Source of the DNA: Acidobacteriota bacterium
GTDB lineage: Bacteria > Acidobacteriota > UBA890 > WLXD01
DNA: 64,000 nt
NCBI GenBank assembly: GCA_965205505.1
Contig: CBDBHB010000009.1
Location: 1,216,001 to 1,280,000, forward strand
Direction: 5' to 3'
Shown one piece after another: positions 9,650-18,833 of this stretch. The translations under genes were made by a program, and so were the position numbers. Numbering within the stretch: the first letter of the stretch is position 1; each line of letters starts with the position of its first letter. Under the pieces are notes generated by a model. It had not been told where the DNA came from. It saw nothing but the letters and a program-made list of their open reading frames with translations, and ran no database searches.

Positions 9650-11073
9650 CTCCGTACGGCCCAGCTGTTCCAGCCGTACATCGACTTGAGGGCATACAGC
9701 CAGTCGAAACCGCCGTCGCGCATGTGAAACAGGGCGCGGTTGGTGGCCGCCGGCATGAGCGCGTGTCCCTCGAACTCCTCGTTCCACGACCCGGCGATAA
9801 CCAGCGGCGCGGGCATCGCCGGTGTGCCGAGTCGCTCGGCGTGCAGGTCGCGCAGGTGCTCGTCGGTGAGCTCTTGCATGGCCGCCAGCAGGGAGGCGTA
9901 ATCGTCGCGGCTGGCGAGCAGCGAGGGCAGGCGGGCCTTGGCGAAGCCCGCTGCACTGGACGGGATCACCAGGAGTGGTTCGCCGCTGTAGCGATTCTTC
10001 ACCGATCGGTAGGCCGCCATCGTGCGCTTCTCGTTGGCCACCAGCCGCCGCACATGCGACCCGTTGAGGCGCACCGCGCGACCCTCGCCGAGAGCCCTGA
10101 TCTGTGCGGTGTCGTAGTGGTGGTAGCGCGACACCGCATCGAAGTAGGCGGCCCGAAACAGCCGGTCATGTCCCGCTTCCGTGTCGCCTGGAAACAGCGC
10201 CTCGTCGCCGATTAGCCAAGGTGGGGTGCCAAAGGCCTCGGCGAAGGCGCCGCGGGCGCGTTCGAGGGCTCTGCCCACGTGCGGCAGATTGGCGCGCGTC
10301 GGGCCGAAAGTGTGAGATCCGAATACGAACACCACCGGACGCCCGTCGAACCGCAAGAGTCGATCGCTGTCGACCGCCGCCAGCCAGCCGCCCATGTGGC
10401 GGAAGTCGCGCACCAGCCTGTCGAACGCCGCCCCTTCCGGGGCGAAGTCGATTCGCTTGGTGGTGCCGAGGCTGATGTTGCTTTCGTACAGTAAACCGAA
10501 GCGTCGTCGGTGGTGGTTCGAGGCGCTCAGGTAGGCACGCTCGTAGGCTTGCAAGAGCCGGCGCTCGTCGGTCCACGACAGAAGGTCGGCGCTGATGCCG
10601 AACTCTTCCTTGAGCGCATTGAACTCTTCCTCTGTGCGACGATCGCGCGACAGGTAGCTGCCGCCCAGGTAGCGGACGGTGGGCGTCTCACCGCGTCGGC
10701 GTCCTGGTCCGTACCAACCGTAGTGCCAACAGGCCACGATGGGCCGCGGCGGCAGGCGAGTGCCGAGCACGGGACGCAGCGCATCGTAGCGTTGCAGCTG
10801 GTCGGCGTCGACGCGGCCTCGCGAGAGGAAATCGAGCCGCGGATCCCAGTCGTCGCGGGGGTGCAGCCGACTGCCGCGCAGCGAATTCTGCAGGCCGGAA
10901 AGCAGGGCGCGATCGGTCGCTGAGATCACACCGTCGCCATCCAGGTCGAGTGGCCAATTCCATCGCCGAGGCGCGCCGACTCGCTGTGGCAACCGTGGAA
11001 CGCCGAGCAGCGAAGCAGCTCCGAGCGCTCCCAGTACGAAACGACGGCGATCAGTGGGCTCGGCCGGGCTCAC
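9646..11073 (-). CDS. Tat-exported putative glycoside hydrolase (GH99/GH71-like) with a dockerin/EF-hand-like motif
   Basis: DRRRFVLG twin-arginine signal, DLDGDGVISATD, WHYGWY, DGRPVVFVF, SWNEEFEGHAL. Confidence 0.65.
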   Translation of the reverse strand: MSPAEPTDRRRFVLGALGAASLLGVPRLPQRVGAPRRWNWPLDLDGDGVISATDRALLSGLQNSLRGSRLHPRDDWDPRLDFLSRGRVDADQLQRYDALRPVLGTRLPPRPIVACWHYGWYGPGRRRGETPTVRYLGGSYLSRDRRTEEEFNALKEEFGISADLLSWTDERRLLQAYERAYLSASNHHRRRFGLLYESNISLGTTKRIDFAPEGAAFDRLVRDFRHMGGWLAAVDSDRLLRFDGRPVVFVFGSHTFGPTRANLPHVGRALERARGAFAEAFGTPPWLIGDEALFPGDTEAGHDRLFRAAYFDAVSRYHHYDTAQIRALGEGRAVRLNGSHVRRLVANEKRTMAAYRSVKNRYSGEPLLVIPSSAAGFAKARLPSLLASRDDYASLLAAMQELTDEHLRDLHAERLGTPAMPAPLVIAGSWNEEFEGHALMPAATNRALFHMRDGGFDWLYALKSMYGWNSWAVRS

Positions 11074-12941
11074 TGATCGAGGCGGCCCGATCGTGGCCGC
11101 GACTCGAGGAATCGGGCGCGGTCGAGGTCGTTCGCGGTGTCTTCCGCTTCCATCAACCGTGTTAGCAGCGGCGCGACGTCGCGGAACCAGACCACCGCGA
11201 TGAGGTTGTAGCCGAGTTGATTCGGGTGGACGTCGTCGGAGTAGAGGTCAGGGTGGAACATGAGCGCCGAGTGCAGATCGACGAGGAGCGCACCCTCGCT
11301 GCCCGCCATCGCTGGCAGTAGGGCGTTGACTTCGACGATGCGGGGGTTGAGACCACCGAGGAAGCCGGCGTTGCGCCGCGGGGTCAGAGTGGCGAGCAGC
11401 GGCAGACATCCGGCTGCGGTCACCAGTCGCACCATGCCGGTGAGGTTTGCCACGATGGTGGCGGCATCGACGAGAGCCCCGATGTCGTTGGCGCCCATCA
11501 GGATCAGCACGTACTGCTTGGGGTCGGTGGTCATCAGTATGGAGAGTCGCGCCAATCCCTCGACCGTCTCCTCACCGCCGACGCCGCTATTGATCACCAC
11601 GATGTTACGGCCGGTGAAACTCGACAGATAGCTGCCAAGTGGCACGAGGTAGCCGTCGACCGGCGTTATGACCATGTTCTCGTCCACCTCGACGCCTTCC
11701 GTGATGCTGTCGCCGAAGCCGCGCCACGTTCCGGGAATCGAGATACCGCCGGGTATGCTGCTACGCGCGCGCACTCGTCGTATCGTTTCGACCTGTGGCA
11801 CCTGGAGTCGTAGGCGTCCTGCGACGTCGGTCGAGCCCGTCGTCGGCAGCGGCCCGGTCGGCGACTGCTGCCAGGTCGCCAGCACCTTGCCGTCGTCTCC
11901 CAAGGCGACGTCGAAGCGGCCGTTGTAGAGATCTGCAAGGTCGACGGCACGGTGGGCGCGCCGTCCGTCGAAGGTGGCGCTCTGCAGTCGCGACCCGCCG
12001 TCTGGTCGAGGACGAGACCACAACACTTCCCCGTGCCCGCCCTCGACCACCGCGGGGCTCGTGGCCGGCCCCGGCGACAGTGTTCGCGGGGCGCCGAATG
12101 TGCTACCGCGCTCGCTGCTAGCGCGGATCTCATAGCCGACGGGGGTGAAGCGCGACCAGGCGACCAACAATCGGCCCGCGGCCGTACGCGCAATCGAGGG
12201 TTGGATGTCCGGGACCTCGTTGTCGCTCAGAGCGATGGGTGTGCTCCAGCGGGCTGCGTCGCTGCGGCGAGAAAGCCACACCTCGGCATCATTCCCGTCG
12301 CCTGCGGCCCAGACCACTGCCGGCCGCCCGTGCTTGTCGATGGCGATGGCCGGCGCCATCGGCTCTCCAGGTGCCGACGGCAAGGGCTCGGGATCGGACC
12401 ATCGACGGCCGTCCCAGTGCGCCGCGTAGAGCGGGTCGCCAGGCCGCGGTGCGGCCGTCTCCCCAGCCACCCAGACCACCCATGCCCCGTTGCTGTGCGC
12501 AGTGGCGGCGGGATGGTGGTTCTCGCGTCCGGCGCTCGGCGCTCGCCCTGCTCGCCGCCAGGATCCAGATTCCCAACGTCGGGCCCAGAGGCGGCTGCCG
12601 TTGTCGTTGGTTCGAGCCGCCACCAGCAGCAGGCCGCTTCGTGTCGACACCAGCGTCGGGGCTCCGTCGTTGCCGGCGCCGGCCGGGCCAACGGCGTGCG
12701 GAACGTCCCCGGCGGGCACCGAGGCCACCACACGCTGGCCGGCTTCTTGGTGCGCCGTCCAGGCCATTGCTGGAAGCGGTTTCACGGCTACGGCCGGGCG
12801 CAGTCCCAGCACCGGCGGTGATGCTGCGCTCGGCTGCAGCAGCGGGCCTTCTGCGGCACCGTGGGCCAGTCCGGGGGCGCGCGAGACCAGGAGCCCGCCG
12901 ACGGCAAGCGTCAGGGCGACAACGAAGCGGAGCCTTTTCAC
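11070..12941 (-). CDS. Secreted SGNH/GDSL hydrolase with an N-terminal beta-propeller-like region
   Basis: FGDSITEG, NSGVGGE, MGAND, DDVHPN blocks; signal peptide. Confidence 0.88.
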   Translation of the reverse strand: MKRLRFVVALTLAVGGLLVSRAPGLAHGAAEGPLLQPSAASPPVLGLRPAVAVKPLPAMAWTAHQEAGQRVVASVPAGDVPHAVGPAGAGNDGAPTLVSTRSGLLLVAARTNDNGSRLWARRWESGSWRRAGRAPSAGRENHHPAATAHSNGAWVVWVAGETAAPRPGDPLYAAHWDGRRWSDPEPLPSAPGEPMAPAIAIDKHGRPAVVWAAGDGNDAEVWLSRRSDAARWSTPIALSDNEVPDIQPSIARTAAGRLLVAWSRFTPVGYEIRASSERGSTFGAPRTLSPGPATSPAVVEGGHGEVLWSRPRPDGGSRLQSATFDGRRAHRAVDLADLYNGRFDVALGDDGKVLATWQQSPTGPLPTTGSTDVAGRLRLQVPQVETIRRVRARSSIPGGISIPGTWRGFGDSITEGVEVDENMVITPVDGYLVPLGSYLSSFTGRNIVVINSGVGGEETVEGLARLSILMTTDPKQYVLILMGANDIGALVDAATIVANLTGMVRLVTAAGCLPLLATLTPRRNAGFLGGLNPRIVEVNALLPAMAGSEGALLVDLHSALMFHPDLYSDDVHPNQLGYNLIAVVWFRDVAPLLTRLMEAEDTANDLDRARFLESRPRSGRLDQ

Positions 12942-13091
12942 GGTCGGTTACGTGGGCCCGTGTGGGGAGGAAACGCCGACGGGCGGGAAGCCGGCTACCA
13001 TGAGATGGTGATCGATGGCCGAGCGCGCCTCGACCGACTCTCGATATGCTAACGATCGTCGCTCGTGTGGGCAAGAACCGGGTGGGAAGCG

Positions 13092-13700
13092 ATGCCGCTG
13101 CCGATAAGCCATAGCCTGGCTGCCGGTGCCATCTACACGGCGATGGACGCGGACGGCGACCTGCGTGGTTGCCGGCGGCTGCTGATGGCGATCGGGCTGG
13201 CGAACGCGCCGGATCTCGACCTCTTGCCGGGCCTGCTCGCCGGCGACCCGAACCGGTTCCATCGCGGCGCTAGCCACTCGCTGATCATCGCAGTCGGGGT
13301 GGGGTTGGTCGTCGCCGCCGTCGCCTGGTACGCACGTCGCTGGGAATGGCGACTGCGCGGCAACCTGCCCAGCGGGCTCTATGGAACGGCGTTGATCGTC
13401 GCCCTGCTCGTGGGCTCGCATGTGCTGCTTGACGCGCTCACGACGGATCCGAGCCCGCCTGTGGGCGAGCAGATGCTGTGGCCCGTTTCCGACGCCTGGA
13501 TCCAGTTCTACCCGTTGTTCGAGAGGGCCGACAAGGTGGTTGGCCAGGCGTCGGCAGGCGAATTCTTGCGCAGCCTGGTGTCGATGCACAACGCCCGCGC
13601 CATGGTGCTCGAGGTAGTGCTCGTCGGTCCGTTCCTGCTGTGGGCGCGGTGGTGGCGCCGCCGACGAACGATCGATTCGGCGGGTGGCAGGCCGTGGTGA
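13092..13700 (+). CDS. Metal-dependent inner-membrane hydrolase (YdjM-like)
   Basis: ANAPDLDLL, HRGASHSL, SHVLLDALT. Confidence 0.88.
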   Translation: MPLPISHSLAAGAIYTAMDADGDLRGCRRLLMAIGLANAPDLDLLPGLLAGDPNRFHRGASHSLIIAVGVGLVVAAVAWYARRWEWRLRGNLPSGLYGTALIVALLVGSHVLLDALTTDPSPPVGEQMLWPVSDAWIQFYPLFERADKVVGQASAGEFLRSLVSMHNARAMVLEVVLVGPFLLWARWWRRRRTIDSAGGRPW

Positions 13701-13962
13701 AAGCGTGGTGGGTCTGGCGACAGGGTTTTGCGAAGTGGAGGCAAGGAGAGAGGAGGAGGCGATGGTTACGCCATCGTTGACGAGGAACGACGCAGCGTAC
13801 GCGCGCAACCCCCTGTCGCCCGAAGGGTTACGGCGATTTGGGGCCACCTGCGGCGTTGGCCTTCCTCGACGATGGCCAGGGCATCGCCAGTGTCAGGCCG
13901 CCTTGCATCTGGCCCCAACTCGCCGTAACCAGACCCACCACACTTTCACCACGGCCTGCTAG
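13684..13962. mobile_element. MITE-like element, type A, opposite orientation
   Basis: Reverse-complement homologue of 9370-9649; left CTAG mutated. Confidence 0.92.
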
Positions 13963-15653
13963 GGCCGTCCGCTAGCAGGCCACACGTCCACTACGGGCCT
14001 GCTAGAAGCCGGCTGCCACCTGCTCAGCTCCATGAGGTCGGCTGCTTGTGGCACCAGGGCGAGCGACTGTTGAACCTGGCCGTCGTATCGCAGCAGCACG
14101 ATGCGGCCGGCCTGGAGACCCCAAATGTTGCCGGCGATGTGTGCTTGCAGGTACATACGGATGTCCTCGCGGGCGCCGTCGAGGGTCTCGTCGTCGAGCG
14201 GCACCTTGGCCGCCTCGAGTTGCTCGCGCAAAGAGGGCCAGCGCAGAAACTCGATGAACTCGTCGATCACAGCGTCGTCGACGCTGAACCCGTCGAGATA
14301 GGCGTCGAGATCGGTGGGAAGCGTCGCGGCGTTCTCGGCCACGTAACGGGTGGCGAACTGGAACGTCAGCCGGCGGTTGTAGAGCCACATTGCCAGGCTC
14401 GACACACTGGTCGGGTCGATGGAGACGTCTGGAACGATGCCACCGCCGCCGTATACGGGACGGCCGGCGTCGGTGTGGAACAGCGGGCGCTCGAGGGGCT
14501 CCTCACCGTCTTCCGACTCGGCCACGGCGCCATCGGTTGACTCCTCGATAGCTTCCCAGTCGGGGTTGAAGTACTCCTCGTCGCTACCGTCGACGTAGGG
14601 GCGCTGGATGAGTCGGCCACTCGGCGTGTAGTACCTCGCAATCGTCAGAAAAAGGGCCGAGCCGTCGTTGAAGGGAAACTGGTTTTGTACCAGCGCCTTG
14701 CCGAAGGTCACCTGTCCTACTACCAGCGCACGGTCCCAGTCTTGTAGGGCACCGGCGACGATCTCCGAGGCGCTTGCCGACTGGTGGTCGACGAGCACGA
14801 TCATCGGCGTGGCGGGATGCGTATTGCGATCAGTCGACAGATTCTCGCCGCTGGCATTGGCGGTGCGGCCCTTGGTCACGAGGATCTTCTTGCCGCCCGA
14901 CAGGAACTTGTCGGTAATGCGGATCGCCTGGCTCATGAGGCCGCCGCGATTGCCACGCAAGTCGAGAATAAAGGCCCGCATGCCGCGTTTCTCGAAGTCG
15001 CGCAGGTGCTCCTCGAGCTGAGCGGCGCCCTTCTGCGAGAAGGTGCTGAGCCACACGTAACCCACATCTTGATCGAGCATCGTCGCCGCCAGAATGGACG
15101 ACACCTCGACCTGGTCGCGCGTGATGTTCACATCCCACTCTTCGTCGAGTGCGGGGCGCCGCACCGTCACCGTGACTCGAGTCCCTTTGGGGCCGCGCAA
15201 TTGCGCAAAGATCTGCTCGTTGTCGAGTCCTATCGCGTCCTCGCCCTCGATACGAACGATCTGATCGCCGGGGCGCAGGCCAAGCCGTTGCGATGGACCT
15301 CCTTCCAGAGAGTCGAGCACCGTGAGCACGCCATCGAAGATGTCGAACTGGATGCCGATGCCGAAGTAATCGCCTCGGTAGCGCTCCTGCAGGGTCCGGT
15401 ACTCGTCGGCGGTGTAGTAATGCGAGTGGGGGTCGAGGTTTTCGAGCACGCCGCCGACCGCATGCTCGAACATGTCGTCCGCCGCGACCTCCTCGACGTA
15501 GTACATCTCGATGATCTCGAACATGCGGCCGAGCACCTCGAGCCGCTTGTAGAAGCCCTGCGCTTTGTTGACCGCCGCCGGTCCGGCCGCGATCGAGACC
15601 GCCAGCGCGGCGATGAGCACAGTTACGACGAGGGTCTTGCGCTTGGCTGTCAT
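13959..15653 (-). CDS. S41 family C-terminal processing protease (PDZ)
   Basis: LDPHSHY, DLRGNRGG, SASASEIVAGALQD, TFGKA, YYTPSGR; start uncertain. Confidence 0.93.
   Translation of the reverse strand: MTAKRKTLVVTVLIAALAVSIAAGPAAVNKAQGFYKRLEVLGRMFEIIEMYYVEEVAADDMFEHAVGGVLENLDPHSHYYTADEYRTLQERYRGDYFGIGIQFDIFDGVLTVLDSLEGGPSQRLGLRPGDQIVRIEGEDAIGLDNEQIFAQLRGPKGTRVTVTVRRPALDEEWDVNITRDQVEVSSILAATMLDQDVGYVWLSTFSQKGAAQLEEHLRDFEKRGMRAFILDLRGNRGGLMSQAIRITDKFLSGGKKILVTKGRTANASGENLSTDRNTHPATPMIVLVDHQSASASEIVAGALQDWDRALVVGQVTFGKALVQNQFPFNDGSALFLTIARYYTPSGRLIQRPYVDGSDEEYFNPDWEAIEESTDGAVAESEDGEEPLERPLFHTDAGRPVYGGGGIVPDVSIDPTSVSSLAMWLYNRRLTFQFATRYVAENAATLPTDLDAYLDGFSVDDAVIDEFIEFLRWPSLREQLEAAKVPLDDETLDGAREDIRMYLQAHIAGNIWGLQAGRIVLLRYDGQVQQSLALVPQAADLMELSRWQPASSRPVVDVWPASGRP
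13972..14005. repeat. Collapsed type A MITE scar inside the S41 ORF
   Basis: ctagcaggccacacgtccactacgggcctgctag = fused left and right ends with CTAG duplicated. Confidence 0.75.
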
Positions 15654-15889
15654 GATGTACTGCTGGTTGCGACGGCCGGATGGCCCGTCGAGTGCAGGAG
15701 CGACGAGGTCGGTAGTTCGTTCACGCACATGCGAATCCACTTAAGATAACGGGTAGCAAGGGACCAAGGCCAAGCGAATCGACATCGCGATCGGTTTCGA
15801 CGGCCCGACTGAGCATCTCACTCCAGACTAGCAGCGTCGGCCGCGCACTGCATCGACCAGGTCGCGAGGACGCTCGAGGGGACGATAAG

Positions 15890-16591
15890 GTGACCGACAG
15901 CGGGGAAGGGGTTCTGCCGCCTGCCCCTGGCAACGCACCTGGTGAAGCCGGTGCGTCGGGGCGCTCCGGACTTCCATGGGAAACGGGCGACCCCGGTCGC
16001 TCAGCCACTGGTGTGTTGGACACCGTCCGCATGGTGCTGCTGTCGCCGACCGAGGCCTTCCAAAGCATGCATCGGAGCGGCGACGTTGGCGGGGCGATCG
16101 GCTTCCTGCTCATCGTCGGTACGTTCGGCAGCTTCTTCGGGCTGCTCTGGGGGGCGGCAACCCGCACCATGGTCGGCTCATTCGGCGGGCTCAACCTCGG
16201 TGAGATCGCTGCTATCAACACCGTCGGGATTATCCAGTTCATGCTCGCACCCGTGGCAGTGCTCGTATTCGCGGTTATCCTCACGGGGATTTATCACCTG
16301 TTGCTGGTGTTGTTCGGCGGTGCTCCGTATCCGCCCGAAACCACGCTCAAGACGGTGTGCTACGCGGCGGGCGCCAACTATATCTGGCTCGCCATACCGT
16401 TCTGCGGCACCCTCGTGGCCAGCTTGTGGGGAATCGTCAGCACCGCCATTGGCTTGCGCGAAGCCCAGGGTGTTCCGGTTGGCCGTGCGGCAGCTGCCGT
16501 CCTGGTGCCCTACCTGTTCGCTTGCTGCTGTCTGCTGTCGCTCCTCGCGCTCAGCACGCTTGGCGCTCTCGCCGGAGTCGCGGGCGGGTGA
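15890..16591 (+). CDS. YIP1 family membrane protein
   Basis: LPWE, VLLSPTEAF, multiple TM segments, IPFCG. Confidence 0.8.
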   Translation: MTDSGEGVLPPAPGNAPGEAGASGRSGLPWETGDPGRSATGVLDTVRMVLLSPTEAFQSMHRSGDVGGAIGFLLIVGTFGSFFGLLWGAATRTMVGSFGGLNLGEIAAINTVGIIQFMLAPVAVLVFAVILTGIYHLLLVLFGGAPYPPETTLKTVCYAAGANYIWLAIPFCGTLVASLWGIVSTAIGLREAQGVPVGRAAAAVLVPYLFACCCLLSLLALSTLGALAGVAGG

Positions 16592-17001
16592 GCCGTTCTG
16601 GCCTGCGGGCGGTGCGGTTGGGAAAGGTCGAGGTGGCGCTGGTGGCACTGGTCGCGGCGAGCGCGCTGGCCACCGCCCGACTGCACCCGCTATGGGATGG
16701 CCTTCTCCAGACACGCTGTCCGCTGCTGGCGCTCTTCGGAGTTCCCTGTGTCACCTGCGGTGGGACGCGCGCGCTGGTCGCGCTCGTAACCGGCGACGCG
16801 TTCCAGGCGCTGGCCTGGAACCCACTGGTGGCGCTCGGCGGACTTGCCGCGATCGGCTGGTTGCCGCTGGCCACGCTGATACTCGTCGGGTGGCTCGAGC
16901 CGCCGCGCATCCCGACGGTCATACCGGTTGCCGGACGCCGGGCAATCGTTGCCGGGTTCGCGCTAAACTGGGGGTATCTACTGCTCTGGTTCCAGGGATG
17001 A
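16588..17001 (+). CDS. DUF2752 membrane protein
   Basis: CPLLALFGVPCVTCGGTRA and WNPL motifs. Confidence 0.85.
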   Translation: MSRSGLRAVRLGKVEVALVALVAASALATARLHPLWDGLLQTRCPLLALFGVPCVTCGGTRALVALVTGDAFQALAWNPLVALGGLAAIGWLPLATLILVGWLEPPRIPTVIPVAGRRAIVAGFALNWGYLLLWFQG

Positions 17002-17002
17002 C

Positions 17003-17593
17003 ATGAGCGTGCAGGAGAGCTCGGCGCGACTCGTTGATGCTGCCGCCGCATCGGACGACCTTCGCGGCGGTGCGCTCGGAAGAATTCGCTCGGCGTTCGA
17101 TATCCTGCGCTTCCGCGCTGCTGCGGTCGATGAGGCGAGCAACGACGAGGGCGCCTTCCTGGCTGCGGCGACGATTGCGGCGCTCGCCGGCATAGCCGCC
17201 GCCGCCGGCTTTGGCTCATCGCTCGCGGGCCACCTCGGTTACAGCGTTGTCTACCTGGCAGGCAGCTTCCTGTTCGCCGGCGTCATCCATCTGGGCGCCG
17301 TGGTCGTGCTCAACGCCAAGCGCGATTTTCTGGCGTTCTATCGACCGTTCGGACACACCTACCTGGCGCTTTGGATCATCGGCATTCCGGTGATCCAGGT
17401 GTTCTTCGGCTGGGCGGTGTGGCTGTGGCAGCTGGCCTCGGTGGTGTTCATAGCCGAGCGTGTGTATGGCCTCGATCGAGGGCGCGCCGTCGCCTTGATT
17501 GCGGTGCCGGCAGTGGCCGGGCTCGTGGTGGCCGTAGTGTTCAACGGCGCGCTGACGCTGATGGCGCTGGTGGCGAGCTGGCTGCTCTGGTGA
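17003..17593 (+). CDS. YIP1-like membrane protein
   Basis: Five hydrophobic segments; coupled to the DUF2752 gene. Confidence 0.65.
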   Translation: MSVQESSARLVDAAAASDDLRGGALGRIRSAFDILRFRAAAVDEASNDEGAFLAAATIAALAGIAAAAGFGSSLAGHLGYSVVYLAGSFLFAGVIHLGAVVVLNAKRDFLAFYRPFGHTYLALWIIGIPVIQVFFGWAVWLWQLASVVFIAERVYGLDRGRAVALIAVPAVAGLVVAVVFNGALTLMALVASWLLW

Positions 17594-17661
17594 CGGGTGG
17601 CGGTACTGCGGCGCCGCTCAGGAAGAATCGCAGCGCATAGTCAACTCAGTCGCGCGCGACA

Positions 17662-17694
17662 CAATATGCAACGAACCTCTGTTGCAGGACGCTA
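17662..17694. repeat. Solo transposon/MITE end (type D)
   Basis: caatatgcaacgaacctctgttgcaggacgcta, repeated at 23587-23620. Confidence 0.75.
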
Positions 17695-18726
17695 ATTCTC
17701 CAGTCCGAAGATCCGATTGGCCAGGGCGCGGATGGCGTCGGGGCTCAGGCCCTCGCCCAGATAGTGATCGTCGGTGCGCAACTCGAAGTGCAGGTGGGCT
17801 CCCCCGCGGGTGCCGTTGGCGCCGGCTTCCATGCCCGAGTTGCCGACGAATCCAATGACTGTTCGCGCGCCGATCGCGGCACCCGGCTCGATGCCGGGAG
17901 CGACGCCCGACAAATGGGCATACCGGGTGACAACGCCTTGCCCATGATCGATCCAGATCTGACGGCCCCGTAGCGAATCGAGCTCGGCCGGGGGGGTGGT
18001 TCCGGCGGCGCGTGATGTGGCGATGACCTCGGCGTACTGATCCGGCGTCATCTCCACGTGGTTGATGTCGGCGCGCACTACTGTGCCGGCTTTCGCCGCT
18101 ACCACGGCGGCGCCATAGCCGGTCGGCACACCGACGAAACCGCCGTACATGTCGAAGCCCTGGTGGATGCCGAAGCGATAGCCGCGGGTCGCGCCGGGCA
18201 GCAGTCGATCAGCGTCGGGTAGCTTCGCACCCAGCACCGGCAGCTCGAAGCCCGACAAGCGCCAGTTGTCGTAGCGTCGGCTGAGCTCGCCGACGAACTC
18301 GCGCACCCGCATGTCGACCAACTCCACGTTGCCGGGCCCGCTGGCGGCCAGCGCGGCAGCGAACGGCTCGGAACGCAACAACTCTTGCAGGGCTCCTGGC
18401 ACCTCACCCTGGTCGAGGATCGAATCGCCGCCGTAGTCCCAGGCGGTAATGCCGCCGGAAGGCTGCAGCTGATCCTCGGGGCCGATCGCGGCGTCGTAGG
18501 CAACCACGTCGGGGGCGCCGTCGTCGTCGCGGTCCCAGTACCACAAGCGTGCGGTGGCGACGATCTCCTGCAGGCGAAGGTCGGCGGTACCGCTGGCGTC
18601 GGTGTCGTACAACGTGGTGACCACGGTGTAGCTAGGGCCCGGCGTCGGAATCAGGTCGAAATAGAACGCCGCGCCTGCAGCTGCCACCAAGAGCAGCGCG
18701 ATGAAGATGAGCCCAATTCGTTTCAT
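17692..18726 (-). CDS. M23 family metallopeptidase
   Basis: HQGFD, YAHLS, VGNSG, HLHFE. Confidence 0.9.
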   Translation of the reverse strand: MKRIGLIFIALLLVAAAGAAFYFDLIPTPGPSYTVVTTLYDTDASGTADLRLQEIVATARLWYWDRDDDGAPDVVAYDAAIGPEDQLQPSGGITAWDYGGDSILDQGEVPGALQELLRSEPFAAALAASGPGNVELVDMRVREFVGELSRRYDNWRLSGFELPVLGAKLPDADRLLPGATRGYRFGIHQGFDMYGGFVGVPTGYGAAVVAAKAGTVVRADINHVEMTPDQYAEVIATSRAAGTTPPAELDSLRGRQIWIDHGQGVVTRYAHLSGVAPGIEPGAAIGARTVIGFVGNSGMEAGANGTRGGAHLHFELRTDDHYLGEGLSPDAIRALANRIFGLEN

Positions 18727-18833
18727 GCGTTTCCCAGGGTGGCATAGCCAGCTGCTCAGGGCAGCGTAACACGGGGTAAGCTTGTGCTTGGGCGGTTCCC
18801 CGAGTGCTCGACCATCAACGATAGGGAGGCGAC

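Noticed and set aside
9404-9787. Recurrent ORFs (REEEAMVT...RNPLSPEGLRRFG) at 9404, 13684 and 37741 as a protein family
   Set aside because: They are translations of the MITE, with inconsistent starts and stops.
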